DNA of 59,939 nt, counting the filler, from Sphacelaria rigidula (taxonomy: Eukaryota), in assembly GCA_964200075.2 (NCBI GenBank). It is 8 parts of 8 records of this genome, joined end to end, with 100 filler letters (N's around TTAATTAATTAA, not from the genome) between each part and the next. Parts side by side here need not be neighbours in the genome. Positions count along the whole stretch, not along the records: positions 22,518 to 29,922 come from CAXNAA020015074.1; positions 30,023 to 37,427 come from CAXNAA020015075.1; positions 37,528 to 44,931 come from CAXNAA020015076.1; 5 more parts are not named here. One strand, written 5' to 3'. Shown here piece by piece: positions 25,052 to 38,682 of the stretch (positions are counted from its first letter, which is position 1; each line of letters opens with the position of its first letter). The position numbers and the translations under genes are program-made. The notes beneath the pieces are model-generated. The model was not told the origin of the DNA. It saw nothing but the letters and a program-made list of their open reading frames with translations, and did no database searches.

Positions 25052-28000
25052 CTACTTTCCAGAAAACTTCTTCGATCGCGACGTTGAGGAGCCCTCATCT
25101 TTCGTTTTTTTTTCTCCCGACCGTTTGTCCCGTATTCGCTTCCCCGCCGCTCCCGCGCCCCTAGACCCCCCAAGCTTGCTACTCTGGCCCACTGCAGACA
25201 TATGCGCCCCACTACCTCCGGCGCCCGCGCCGCTCCGGGCACTAGACGTGGAACATGCTACGGCACCACCGACTCCGCGCCGCTTTGCACCTGCTGCCGC
25301 AGCGGGAGGGGCAGAAGGTGAGCGTTTGGCGGCCGTGGCGGCAACGGCGGCTTGTCGCCGGGGACTTTTGAGTGATCGGGAAGCAGGGCATGACGCAGGT
25401 CTTTCCGCGGTGCGCACGGTCGCCGCTTTGGGCAAATCCTTTGGAGCACCCTTCGATGCCGTCTTGGGGGTACTCTTGGAGGTTCTTTTGATTTTTTTGC
25501 TTGTACTACCGCCGGCGGTGGCCTTAGCACTAGTCTGCCCTCCTGCTGAACGGGGAGTAGAGGCAGCAGGTGCTAACCTCGAGCGTGGTGTGCCTCCGGA
25601 GCTTGCTGTCGGCAGTTCTCCTCTCTCTCTACTAACCGAGGCCTCCTTTGCGGTACCTTTGCCATTGCCCTTTGCAGCAGACTTCACACTATCACGCTTA
25701 GTACCAGTCTTAGCGCCAAACGTAGCAATACTGGTCTTGGTCTTCGAACTAACCTTACCGTTCGCCTTAGTATGATCAGCCGTTGCTGCTGCTGCTGCTG
25801 CTGCTGTTTCTCGGGATACCGCAACTTGCTTCCGCGCCCCTTTCAGCACCTCCCCCGTGGACTGCAGATCTTTCGCAGAGACTGCTGTATCACCATTCGG
25901 TGCAGATGGTCGGTTTTTCGTACCGCCGGAATTTGGGGACGTTAATGCTCCCTTAGCTTTAGCGCTTCTGGAGGAAGGCGAAGATTTAGCGGAAAGTGAT
26001 TTAGCAGGAGGTGGTTTCTGACAATTCGCCGTAGCGGCGGTGGTCGCAGCAGCCGCGCCAGCGGGTGGTACTAGTGACGGGGGTCTTGGGCGCCCCGGCG
26101 GAGGTAACTTTGAAGGCGCCGGTGCACAGTCAGTAGATCGACCTGAAGCGTTACAGAAAACAAGAAACGATGTTTAATAAACGTGCATCAAAAGCAGATT
26201 TGCCAGTAAGCCTGCAAGTGCTGTTTAACCACCAAGTCAGAAAACCGATGTGCGGAATTGAATCCGATCACAGGAACACCACTAAGTTCATACTTTATGC
26301 GATCGAAATTGCCGCTTGATCAAACTGCGAATTCCGTCTCTCCCGCTTCACCGCATTCGTGACTCACCTCGATTGCGGTTGATCTATAGTGAAGTACTAC
26401 AAAACGCCACTATTCACAGCCAACATTCGAGAGAATCGGATATTCCAGGTAATCTGCAGGTGTACAATGTATACAGTATTGTAGTTCAACGGTCGAGTTA
26501 CATAGGGTTTACAGCTCACCCGGGACTGTGTTAGTAGCAGTTGCCGTTGCACTCTTTTCACCCAGGCGTGTTGCAGCGGTAGCGGTAGCGGATGCATCCT
26601 TCTCGACTCGAAAACTATTACCGCTTCTGCTCAAGTCTCGACTCAGAACGCCATCGCTGTCGCTAGAGGTGCTACTATCGGATGCTCGTGGACTCTTCAT
26701 TTTTTTTCCACGCGTAGATGTTGGACGACTGACGCCGCTACCGCCGATTTTTCGTTGCGAATTGATGTTGCTGCTGCTGTTGCTATTTTTATTGTTATTG
26801 TTTTTAGTGGATGAATGCTTCGAAGAGGGGCGAACAGCACGCGAAGCGGCGCCATCTGAGTCTTCAGAGGTGCCGCCGCTGTCCATGTCTTTGTCGTCGT
26901 CTCTTGGAGCTACGACTCGGGAGTGATCTATCGGAAACCTGCACAAAGCAGATGATTAGCGAGCCGCGTGTGAAAAGTCTCGAGGAAATGAGCGGGCGTG
27001 GCGACGAAGGCGATGTAAAATGTAAACAAAGATTTATACATTACGCACGGCGTTTGGACAGTTTGAGCAATACTGTAACCCTCATCCTAATCCCGGAAGG
27101 ACAATCACACTCGGAGATTAGGACACGGCTTCGGGCTATTTACAGCTCTTTGCTCAGGACTGGAGTCAGGGTTGCGGGTAAAGAATTACATTGTACATTG
27201 TTGCGGGCGCAAGAAACACAACATCATCAACCAGCACAGATGGCGGAATACAATCTAACACCAGTGCAGTACAAACATCCCGCTCGTGTAAGATACAGCT
27301 GTAGATCAATGTCGGCTTTCATGGCTTCACATTTTCTGCAAAAGTCCCAGCATTCTTTTACGAACTGGGTAAAGCGAGACGGACCAAATGTTTTCGACCG
27401 GCTTGTCCACCACAGTTTTTACCATAGTCGTTCAAGCCCGAAAATTGAGGTTAGATGCACAACATACACTCGGAGGCATGGGGGGGGTCATTCTACAAAT
27501 AAAAAACTCCGAGCATATTTGCTCGTTAATGATTTCCGCATGAAAAAAATCGTGTTTATAATCTCCACACGAACACGTTTCACCCAGATTCTTCAAAGGT
27601 GGCGCCTCAAGTTTTGTTGTGTTTCTACAGTGGTCTTGAAGTCTTGGGCTGTAAGTCTACAGCTGGTATAACAGAGCACGAACCGCTTTTGCACTTCTCT
27701 TACGTACGTACATCCGAATATCGCACTGAAAGCCAGGTTCTTTGGCCGATCTCGTTTGTCTTCTTGACTTCTGACCGGCAGCTGCCTGACGGTCAACGCG
27801 TGTAATTCGTCGCTTCGAGTCGCGTGGACAACATACATGCGTACACGCCATCTTGAGAGCAAAGGGCTAAGACCGCGTTATGAACGAGACCATGGTCATT
27901 TTACACCATAGTATCCACAACCAAAGATATATATATATATATATATATATCTCTCTGGTGATCCCTGTCTTCGAAATATCATATATTCCCGAAGAGCAGA

Positions 28001-29070
28001 AAGGCGTGTCGGGTGCGCTCCACGACCCTTCTATGGTTGCAGGAAACTCCGATTCTTGTGTTACTTCTCGGAGCGTGTCACGATACTTGGCCCGTCGGAC
28101 GTGTTCGGTGTCCACTGGTTAGTTCAGATTGTGTGGTCCACTCATATTGCCTGCGTGCTCACTTTTCCTTGAGCGCACAAAGTATGTCGTCCACTATGCC
28201 CTGATCTGGGTCAACTAGGTCCAGCAGTATCTCGCACAGAGAACGCCCCATGCTCTCAAAGTGGCCTTGGTTGAAGTGCAGACCCTTGTAGATGCCCTGG
28301 GTGAAAAATTAGTTCCATGTCAAAGCGCACGCAACACACACAATCCCGCACACACGCACGGGCAGAAGTCAGGCAATTAGTTGGCAATGGTATCTGCAGC
28401 AGCTGCAGAGACTCTCCATGTTGACATGTCAATGGTGAAGTGTCTGCAAACACAATGCCGGGGAAAAGGATCGCGCTACTGGACAATGGCACATTGGAAA
28501 AATGTGCGCACATTCGGCGGTGGAACCGCTCCAGCACTAGATGTGGAGGCGAGGCACCCAGCGGGATGGAGAAAATCCATTCGTCGATCCCCTAGCCATG
28601 ATGTCGCCTCATCCTAAGGTATGACATAACTGCACTCCACTCATGATGGTCCAACCATTGCTGGCAGTACCGCTGGGTATCACCAACCTTTCACCAAAAG
28701 TGGGCAGAGGTAATTCGAAGTGACGGTACTAACGAGCATAACAGCTGAGTGTGCGTACAGCGCAGCAAGCAGCATTCACGAACAGAGTCCATAGGAAGAG
28801 CGCGAAACACGACACGCACGGTGGATGTTCAACGAGTAAACCATGCGTACCCAGTGATCGAGGTAGAGAGATGGAATGATCCCTTAGACCATGGACTTCG
28901 TCAGGAGGAGGAAAGCGGGGGTTACACGTGTGACGCACAATGAAAAAAGTGAACCCACAATCCCTCACCTGGTCTGCACCCATGAAACTAGCCTCCATGG
29001 TGTACGCCCTGACGATCCCTAAATGTTTGCGCACCACCACCCTGCCGCACCCCTCCTTGCCTTTCCCCAC
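25052..29070 (-). CDS. Cytosolic carboxypeptidase (M14, CCP/AGBL/Nna1-like), 5'-partial; exons 29070-28969, 28296-28163, 26938-26520, 26142-25052
   Basis: VGKGKEGCGRVVVRKHLGIVRAYTMEASFMGADQ|GIYKGLHFNQGHFESMGRSLCEILLDL matches the CCP C-terminal catalytic region (R...YTxExS). All junctions are GT-AG and phase-compatible (0, 2, 1). A long low-complexity tail runs to the stop at 25052. Confidence 0.85.
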
Positions 29071-29842
29071 CTGCGGTGCAAATGCGACGATCGTTGTTTT
29101 CTCAGGTGCTGCGGGACATAATAACATGATAACGTGATAACAGACATGCATATCTTTCTCCGTGGGGAGGATTGCAACAAGCAATTTCTATACAAATGCA
29201 TGCGTCATACGCAAGCACATCTCCGCGGCATACTGCATCCGCCGCATACCTTGTTCATCGTGAAGGCGGTGCTGCAGGCGCCGCTAGGATGAGTCATCGA
29301 TCCGACCCTCTATGAACCCTTTCGGAACTCGCGGAAAACAATACGGACTGTCACATACGAGCTTTCGTCACCGGAAAAAACGTCACTTGGAGTTCGGTGC
29401 ACGAACCCGTCACATTAGTATACTTGAAGTTAGAGTGGTGCATCGTTTTGGTGGGCTGTATTGTCAATAGTTGCCGAAAAACAACAATCACATCTTGCCC
29501 GACAAAACGTCAAATGTAAGTCGCCATCACTCCATCAACGGTTCCGAAAGGGTTAATCAAGACACGCACATACAAAAATGTTCTGCCTGGTACCTCTATA
29601 GCCTTAAAATTAAGCTGGCCAACCTCGGGCCGTTGAGAGTTTGGGTGCTAATAGGAGCCACAAACATTTACACGATGCTGGCTGGAATCGGGCTGCTTGG
29701 ACTGGAGTACATTCGTGTTTAAGACTGGAAGAGGAGAAGGTACCTTACACCGGCCGTGGCAGAGGTATCGAAGGGCTTGGCGCACTTACATGCACGTATC
29801 GACGCTAAAAACCACCCGAGGGTTCACACGAGGTGGGAATTG

Positions 29843-29922
29843 TCCAAGGATCGGACGAATAATGATTCGTAAGGAAATTACTTGGTTTTATTATAACTGA
29901 TTTGACTCGTACGAATCAATCC
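29843..29922. repeat. ~80-bp dispersed repeat; copies at ~59832-59915 and, inverted, at ~11780-11860
   Basis: CCAAGGATCGGAC.AAT.ATGATTCGT...AAATTACTTGGTTTT...ACTCGT.ACGAATCAAT is shared across scaffolds 2, 4 and 8. Confidence 0.7.
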
Positions 29923-30249
29923 NNNNNNNNNNNNNNNNNNNNNNNNNNNNNNNNNNNNNNNNNNNNTTAATTAATTAANNNNNNNNNNNNNNNNNNNNNN
30001 NNNNNNNNNNNNNNNNNNNNNNAATCCTCCGGGTTCTCATCCTCAATCAAAAGCACCATCCTCAACATAGATGATTGGCTGTTTGCTGAGCAACTGACGC
30101 CCCAAAGGCTGATAAACAGGTGTCTCGTTTGAGAAAAAAGAATTCAAATCAGGAGCTGCTGAGGGGGGGGTAGTGTGGGTCCAGCGATATTTTTTTCACC
30201 CGCCCTTGGGTCAGGTTGATTTATTTATTTTTTTCACTGGTTTAGGGCG

Positions 30250-30620
30250 TTATTGGTTGGGATTGGGATTGTTGGTTGGATGTTTGGTTCATGGATGATT
30301 GAATTTTATTTTTATTGCTTGAGTTTATTTTTAGGGCAAGGGAAAGGCAATAGATTAAATATTGTTTGAGGATGGATGGTTGGATGGTTGGGGATGGATG
30401 GTTGGGTTTTTTTTTTAAGAAAATAATAAACAATATTAAATTTATTAATTAATTCAAGATTGTTTGAGGATGGATGGTTGGATGGTTGAGGATGGATGGT
30501 TGGTTTTATTTTTTGAACAAGGGGAAATAGTAACAAAATAGAACATATTTATTAAAAATTAATTAATTAATTGGATGGATGGTGGTAGGTTGGTCTGATG
30601 GATTTTTTTTTTTGGACAAC
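30250..30620. repeat. AT-rich repeat with GGAT/GGTT subrepeats; related inverted piece at ~51600-51690
   Basis: ATTGTTTGAGGATGGATGGTTGG is repeated internally, and its reverse complement CCAACCATCCATCCTCAAACAAT occurs in scaffold 7. Confidence 0.6.
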
Positions 30621-31082
30621 AAGGGGAAGGGGAAGACAATATTATGGTGAAGACCATTTCTTCACGAGAACGCCCTGACCTCTATTAAAAAAGAAATGGA
30701 AGGCCCATTTTTTTTTCGGCCCTCTTTTGTGGTTCTCCACACCAAAATTCGTCGCCATCCGCTAAATGCATCGACCGGGAGTTTCACAGAGATGTTAGTA
30801 TTATTGGCGCTATCTCCCTTACTTAAATATAGGAATTACTAGACATCATGGGCTTTAATCAACGAGAAAATATGGGCCCAAACTTTTGAGCAGATGTGCA
30901 TCTTCCTCTGGATCAGACGATCGATATGATATTATGCGGATCACGGCCCAACTCGTCTGCGTCGATGAAATAGTGCTTTTAGAGCTTAAATCCGTTGTTA
31001 GGCTGGCCCAGCTCGTACTGTATAAATGTCATAACCTTTGATGGTCACTGATCAGCAACCCTGGTGCTACGCATAGCAAATC

Positions 31083-34000
31083 ATGTTCCATTTTTGTCGT
31101 TGGCATTTTGAACCCTGGATCATGACCACTGTCGCGTCTCGCATCACCAGACTTTGCTTCAAACAACACCGGAAGAGATCGAACATGAAGGAGACAGACA
31201 ACACCATGGCGGAGAACTCGCGGGCAAGAGCAGCAATCCCCACGACACCGAAACTATTCGGTGGATCTTTTCTCGTTGCAGGATCGCACATTAAGCGAAC
31301 ACCGATGCGCATTTCGTTTGGCCCGCCATCTTCATCGGACGGGTCAGACGGCGATAACGACAGCGATAGTAGCGGGGGGGGGTCGCAATGCACGGGGGCG
31401 GCAGCGGGAGACGATCGGCCGATGAGTTTGACCGAAAGGCTTCAGGCAAGAAAGAAGATGGAAGGTGTGAAGGCTTCCACGATATCATCACCTAGGCTTG
31501 CATCCGAGGGCGACGGCGGCGGCGGCGGCGGCTGTTTTCCCGATCTTCCTGGCTCCTCGCAGGTTCATGTGGCGGCTAGCAAGATGACTCGCCTTCCGGT
31601 GTCTGCTAGCAGTGGTACGACGAAACCGAGGACGCCCTTACGCTCTGTGGGCAACATCGAGAATAACAAATTAGGGGACAGTCGCAGTCCTTTCAATAAA
31701 AGGAACAGCGGCAGTGATGGTAACTTTGGGGGCGAAGGATGGGTTTCGTCGCCAGCTGTGCAAACAGCATCCATCTCACCTCCTCTGAAGGGCCTCGCAG
31801 TTGAACATGGAAACGACGATAATGCAAATTTATCCGACATGTGCAACGACCGCGCGGGAGTCGCAGGTAGATATGCGTCCACAAATGCAATGGACAAAAG
31901 TTTTGACTTAGAGCAGGAGGAACGTCTAGGCAATACCTCCATCGGTCATTCTCAAGCAAGAACAGGAATGGGTGACAACAGCAGTGCCATGGATAGAGGT
32001 GGCGGCAGGCGGCTATGGTCCTCTCCCCAAATGGATCAAACCACGGAAGGCATGGACGATAGTACTAATCTCACCGACACATTGGCGGCGGACGAAATAA
32101 GCGAGTTTCACCGATCGTTAGAATACCAATCTCGGAACAATAACAGGGTTGCTTCAGCGGTAGCGTCCGCTGCAGTATCTGCTGTCCCAGCTGTTTCCCA
32201 GTCTTCACCACGCGCACGTGATCGGTACTCAGTGGCCAGCAGCGTTGCATCGTCCGCTGACCTCTCACACGGCGATTGCGGCCAAACGTTTCCTAACAAC
32301 AGCGATTCTGTGGACGGTTTCGACTCCGCGAGCTGCCACAGGAATGATGATGGTTATCATAGTTCTGCTTCGTCGTTGTCCAGCGAAGATGACTTCCGCT
32401 CAACATCCAAAAACTCCTGCCGCCGTTTAGGCCCCAACCATGGCGGTAATAACGGCGGAGGCGTGTCTGGTTCCTCTTCCCCTGCCGGAGTTTCAACAAA
32501 CGCTCGGAGAAGCGCCAGTACAACAATGGGGGGCGGTAGTGCAGCAGCAGCTGCCCGCATTGTGGTGGGCAGCGACTTCAGTGATGACGGCGGTAGCGGT
32601 AGCGATGACACCCAAAAAATTCCGTCAGATTTCTCGCTCATCTCTGCCCCACGTGTGAGCATGGGTGCCGCAGGCGCCGCCGCCCGCGACGGCGGCGGCT
32701 TCGACGGCGGCCGATATCGGCGAAGTGAGGACGATTGTGAGTGGCAACCTGCGACGGGAAACAACTATTTGTGGGAACTGCAGGCAAAAGGGCAACGGGG
32801 GACGGCGTTTTCGGTGCCAGCAAGTCTATACGATAGGATGTATGCCCACCAGCGAGAGGGGGTGAAGTGGCTGTGGCAGTTGCACCAGGGCGGCGTAGGG
32901 GGGATCCTTGGGGATGATATGGGGCTCGGCAAAACATTTCAGGTATTGCTAAGGCATTGGAATCAGTATCGTTATTATTAAGCGAGATTTTGGGTACGAA
33001 GAGGTTGCAGTTTTGCGTCATTTTGGCAAGAAGCGAGATACAGACAAAATATATTACATTCTGTACGCTGCACTGACTGTGCTGTCTGTTATGAGCTGGC
33101 TGCAGTGTGCTGCAGTGCCAAATCGATAGCAATTTGTGGAACACTTGTAACACCGCCCTTCCTTTCTTCGTATATGCACACATGAGCGAGGCTCCATTTT
33201 ATCAGATACATGTGGTCTCGTGATCATTGTACTCTATACCAAACAGCACCTTCAGGTTTCATTTAACCCTTTTGGAACTCCCAATGGAAAATTGATCATT
33301 TGCAATTGACGGTTTTTGAGCAAGATATGGTTGATGGTTCACAGCTTAGACGCAACAATTTTGGCCCAACGCGTATTTTTCAGACCCGTGCGAGTGACAA
33401 GTGAAACAAGAGAAAATATCTTATTTTCTTGCTGCGGCGAGGTCCAGGACCCGTTGGCATTTGTTTTCTACACTCATGAGCTCCTTCTCCAACCACAGTG
33501 CGCTGCAAGCCTCTGTGAAGCATGCTTCCCGCCTGACCTACACGCCCTTCCCGCTGCAGTTTATACTCTTTGCAGCGTCATAGCAACAAGGGCAACGCAG
33601 ATGGCACATTCACCATATTTATGAACTGGCAGTGTAATACAATCCCAGGCAGTCACCTCTCCGTGCCGCCGGGGGTGCTGCGATGCTACCCTGTACAGTA
33701 CTGGGCGTGTTTACAGCAGTTTGGGGTAATCTCGACTGCAGACTCACGTCATGCACAACATCGCGCTCATGCACGTTCCGATAGCACCATCCCGCCGTTT
33801 GAAAAGATGCGTAAAGGCGACGCAGACGCCATGTGCCCTGCAGTTATGCACCGTCACTGTGGTGTAGAGTTTGCCAAGTGCCGTCTCCCCAGGGGTGATG
33901 ACTTACTGCTTCGTGTTGTGTCTGTATTATATTTTGAAAATGTATCGTATTTTGAAAAAGTCTCTGTAAAACGCGAGGCATGCACAGAGCTGCGCTGTGC

Positions 34001-35441
34001 CAAGCACGTGCCGACAACATCATACTGCGGGTTGGCTATTACACAACGACGTAGCGAAAGGCACAGTTGCCACACGACATCTATACCGCGGGTTGATCGT
34101 TCCCGACCGCTGCGCAGACATACTTCATGCTGCATGAGATTCATGACGCCGGCTACCGCTATCGTCTCATGCCGTCTACTCTCGTGGCTAACTTTTCACA
34201 TGCTTACATTTATCTTGCACGGAGTGTAGCCGCAAGGCAATACTGTAGCACTGTATTTACTGACTGTAGTTTTTTTCATCTGGCCTGATTACGGTAGGCG
34301 GTGCTCGTTGGCTCCCTCCCGTGTGCATGTATATTGCCTGTGCGGACGCCTGCGATTACGCCCGCCATGTACCGCCTGCACAACTCACTGTGCCTTCCAC
34401 ATCTGGTGACGGGATTTCGCTGAGTTCAGCCATACTATGCTGTATGTACGGTGTGGCTTGGCAATCTCGCCAACCGATGCTGCATCACGTCAAAGCGGTG
34501 CTTCTGTTATCTACAAATGCTAATATACCGACGTGCCTGGTTGGATCCTGGATCCCATTGCTGTTTTTTTAATGGAATGTTTCATAGTGGTTTTGCTGAT
34601 TACTCTCGATAGATACAATTGGACACACTTCATCCGTTGCGTGGTATGATTGAACAAACCTTACCCAAATTCTCCAGGGAGGACATTCTTCTCCGGTCTT
34701 CCATTATAAAAATGGTTGCCGTCGGCCTATTTTGTTTCCATGTTTTCCTCTTCTTTAGGGCTTCTCATAATGAGGCGTTTGGCCAGAGGTCAGAAGGGAA
34801 GGGTTCCATAAGGGTTAATCTGCGTGTTCTCGGGGACTTGCTAGTCGGAGCTCGTCTTGTTTTCAAATCCGTCTAGATGCGGTTCAAGGAGACCTTGAAT
34901 TTCCATGAAACAGTGGTGATGATGTTGAAGAGGATGAAGCTAACAGATCGCGCACGCCCGTGGGCTTCCCAGCTCGGTTCTCGTCACGGAATCTACAGTG
35001 CTTACAGGGCTATTTGAGTTACTTGTGGTGGGCTTATTCAATGCTTGTGACCACGCTCCACCGCAATTCCAGGTGTGTTGCTTACTGGCTGGCCTAGTCT
35101 CAACAAAGCAAGCTTCTTCCGCGCTGATCATCGCCCCGAAGAGCGTGCTGCGTGGTTGGGAAGCAGAGCTGCAGGAGTGGTTCATCAAGGCCTGTTGCCG
35201 CAACGCTGAGGTGACAAGGAAGATGAGAAAGGAAAGCTCTGAAGAACGCTAACGGTGTGACTTCCCGTCCAATTTGTGCCACTTGTGAAATAGTTTCGGG
35301 AAACAAGGTGAAAATAACTTGGCTGTCAAGAACACCATTTCATGTTCTTTTGTGATAACGATAATGTTGTCGAAGATAATGTCAGTCATGATGACGGTGA
35401 CAATGACCACTAATGATGACAGCCCCGATGACGACGACGGC

Positions 35442-35475
<34 letters not shown>

Positions 35476-36721
35476 TGAACGATGATTGATGACGGTCATT
35501 TGGATGGTGAATGTGAAGCGATAAAATAAACACGCTGTTCGGCGGCAGGTGTACGTCGTGGGGAGCGAAATGTCTGTCCGAAATCGAAGAGTCACTCTCC
35601 GCTCGGCCGCTTTCGGGGGTGCCCTCGGCAAGGGAGCGGTGGTGATCTGCACCTACGGTATCGTGTCGGCAAATCCGGCCATGTTCGACCCGCTCCGGGG
35701 TGACGGCAGAAACCACAAGTGGGATTATGTGGTCCTGGATGAGGGGCACAAAATAAAAAATCCTTCCACCAAGTGAGTCCCTCACCCCTGTTTCTTGCCT
35801 TGCTATGTATCCGTTCGTCAAGTTTAAGACTTCAGACTAGAACGGGTATACCGTTGTGCTTTTCTACCCCGAACTGGACTTTTTGTGTACACAACTGTGC
35901 AATCGGGAGAATGTCGCAAGCACAGGTGTTGCTGAGAATTGTTCAGGCACGACAAGTGAAGATAAGCACTGTCACGATGCCTTGAAAGAAAATACAAAAA
36001 AAACGTTTGCTTGCCTCATACGGCCCTCGTTGTATTTTTGTACTTCTCATCGGTTGTGTCGCCGTTTTTTTCATGTTCGCTGTTTTGCTCTTGTGTTCCT
36101 GTCTTTCACGTATGTGTCGTCCCCTTCAACAGAGTCTGCAAGGCGGTTCACCAAGTGCCGGCCAAAAGGCGTCTCGTGCTTTCTGGGTAAGCAACGCCAT
36201 CAGTAGTAACCCAGCATCCTGCTTTTTCAAAATGAAATCACTTTCGCATGAAGATAGCACAAATTTACGGTACAGTGAGAATCCACAGTGAAGAGGGGGG
36301 GAAAAGAGCGTAAAGCGGGTGTCCAATTGTAGCGGTGGATCCTCAATAGGTAAAGCTCGGGTGCATGTATGTGTATGCTGTCTTACGTTGCTAATGTGAA
36401 AAAAATAATAATAATAACACAGCTCGCATATCTTGACCCTTTGACAGCTGAGCGGTGTGGTGTGTTGAATCAGCACCATCTTGAATCCAACACTGAATGT
36501 GAGGCCCAGATGACCTACCCCGGCGGTCAAGAAATCAAGCGGGCCCATGCTCCCGCTGCCTCTTTGGCCCAGGTGGACAGACATACATCTATCGCTGTTG
36601 GTTCCCCCGTGTGGTACTCTCGCAGGACTCCTGTGCAGAACAATCTTCGAGAGTTGCACACCGTAGTGGACTGGGCGACATTCGGAACGGTGCTTGGCCC
36701 CTTCGAAGAATTCCAGCGGAG
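31083..36721 (+). CDS. SNF2-family ATPase, ERCC6-like (PICH/ERCC6L/CHR24-type), 3'-partial; exons 31083-32942, 35073-35210, 35549-35772, 36133-36186, 36626-36721
   Basis: Q motif YAHQREGVKWLW, motif I GGILGDDMGLGKTFQ, Ia LIIAPKSVLRGW, II WDYVVLDEGHKIKNP, III LSGTPVQNNLREL. All GT-AG and in phase. Start ATG uncertain (31083 or a downstream Met). Confidence 0.92.
35380..35490. repeat. (GAT)n/(GAC)n microsatellite in intron
   Basis: Directly visible. Confidence 0.9.
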
Positions 36722-37527
36722 GTAAACTGTACGTGCTTGTTGATCCGTTCGTTGCGTGCTTCGTGCATGAATGTACTGCAACATTCATACGTATGTTTGT
36801 ATATATATATATATATCAATATATGTGCCGTACTGTTCTGTTTGACCCCACCCCTTTCTCGGCACGAGTCCGTTGTTTCAAGGGATATGGTGATTAATCT
36901 CTTCCGCCGAAATATGGCTGACATGTTGATTTCGCAGATTGGATCAGTACTCCCGCGTCGCGTCGACTCATTTCCCAAATTTTCTTCGCTGCCGACGTCC
37001 TGACGCTTTCAACAACGAAAATCACATTCTGCTGAGAAAACGTCCATATTCCAGGGTCCAAACCCTCAATATTGTACCCTATTTGCAGAGTGCTGGTGTA
37101 GTTAGATTGCTGCGGGGAAAAGAATGAAAATTGAACTGCATGACTAACCCTTTAGCCGCCCGCTGACGGACACCTCTGTCTGACATTCATTATACAAGTG
37201 GACATGATTCCGTGGGAGCAGATCGACACACCTTTAGGCGACTAATTTTTTTCATTGGTTTGAGTGTGATCTGCTCTGGGGAGTACCGCAGGTCGCGGAG
37301 TAGGACATGAAGCGACGATGAAGCCAATCCCATTTTGTTTCTCAAGAGACCCCCCCCCCCTACATGTGCTCCGTCTCGAAAGGGATGCGTGGTCAATGGT
37401 CAAACGACTAAGGCAAGCAACAGACGGNNNNNNNNNNNNNNNNNNNNNNNNNNNNNNNNNNNNNNNNNNNNTTAATTAATTAANNNNNNNNNNNNNNNNN
37501 NNNNNNNNNNNNNNNNNNNNNNNNNNN

Positions 37528-37596
37528 ATAATAATAATAATAATAATAATAATGATAATAATAATAATAATGATAATAATAATAATAATAAATAAT
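37528..37596. repeat. (AAT)n microsatellite at scaffold start
   Basis: Directly visible. Confidence 0.95.
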
Positions 37597-38319
37597 ACTG
37601 AGACTTGCATTTCATCACCAGCAATGATCAATATTATATTCGATTCCTCCACAAAATACCAGCGAGTGAGTGTCGCGCAAAATGTTCAGAGTACGTGCAG
37701 TACTGCAACAACAAAGCAGTTGCTCGATCGCAGAAAAAAAAAAACTCGTACCTGTATGCGGCTCATCCCACTCTCAACCTTGCAGAGTTGAATTTTCGAC
37801 GCCACATCACGATAATCTCGTTGGGAAATTGGTGGAACTCATTTTTTTTCGTGAGTGCATCGAAGTACTATAGACATACCTCATGGCAATGTGTGCGTGC
37901 ATGAACTCGAGCAAAACTCGCGTTCGTAAAATAATGACAACTTGGGCCGGCCAAGAAATGCACCATGTGTCAGACGATCGTATCTTTCGAGCGGCACTCA
38001 AGCCTGGTCAAGTTGACCATACCGTTGCATTCAAGCCGTTACGGCGGTCACGTTCTAGCCTCATGAATCCGCCAAATTGGTGCCGTGAAACTCGCGTCTC
38101 CGTGTTTGAAACAACAACAACAACAACAACAACAGTTCTTTGTTTTGTTGTGCCGGCTCTCTTGATAATCTCCTGAGAAGGAAAAATAAATGATACCATA
38201 ATTTTCGCGACCCCCCCCTCCCGTCATTTTGGGACCTGGAACCGTTTTCACACGTGATTAGGAATGTCCTCGCCGACACATCGTTATCAGCACTCCCTGT
38301 TTGCTTGTTTGCTTTTTCG

Positions 38320-38682
38320 CTGAGATACGACCAACCCCTCCCGTTCCTCGGGACGACTCCGTGGTCTCAAGGGATCAGCCTATCCATCTCTCCCCTGGTA
38401 CACACCTACATTTTGGTCTTGCCGGATTGGACCAGCACGCCCTCCCGCACCGCGTCCACTGTCGTATAACTCAGTCAAACAAATCCAGTCAGACAAACTC
38501 AGTCAAACAAACTCGGTCAAATTAAATATTTTTGTCGCTCGCGTACGTCTTCGCGCTATTAAAAGACAGAAATTAGACACTTTGAGGAATAAAAAACAAT
38601 AACTAAACGCATCTGGCGGGGATCGAGCCGGCGTTGCTTCCACCCCCATGGTGTCAGCTGTACCACAAGACCACCGGGGCGC
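38320..38682 (-). mobile_element. tRNA-derived SINE, family B (best-preserved copy)
   Basis: Head GCCCCGGTGGTCTTGTGGTA (A box) ... GGCTCGATCCC (B box). Body shared with copies at ~7245-7320, 10860-11130, 12868-13172, 36940-37040 and 47010-47220. Confidence 0.75.

Noticed and set aside
25032..25775. 247-aa plus-strand ORF
   Set aside because: Antisense shadow of the carboxypeptidase last exon.
26811..27671. 286-aa plus-strand ORF
   Set aside because: Lies antisense to a carboxypeptidase intron/exon and has no recognisable motifs.
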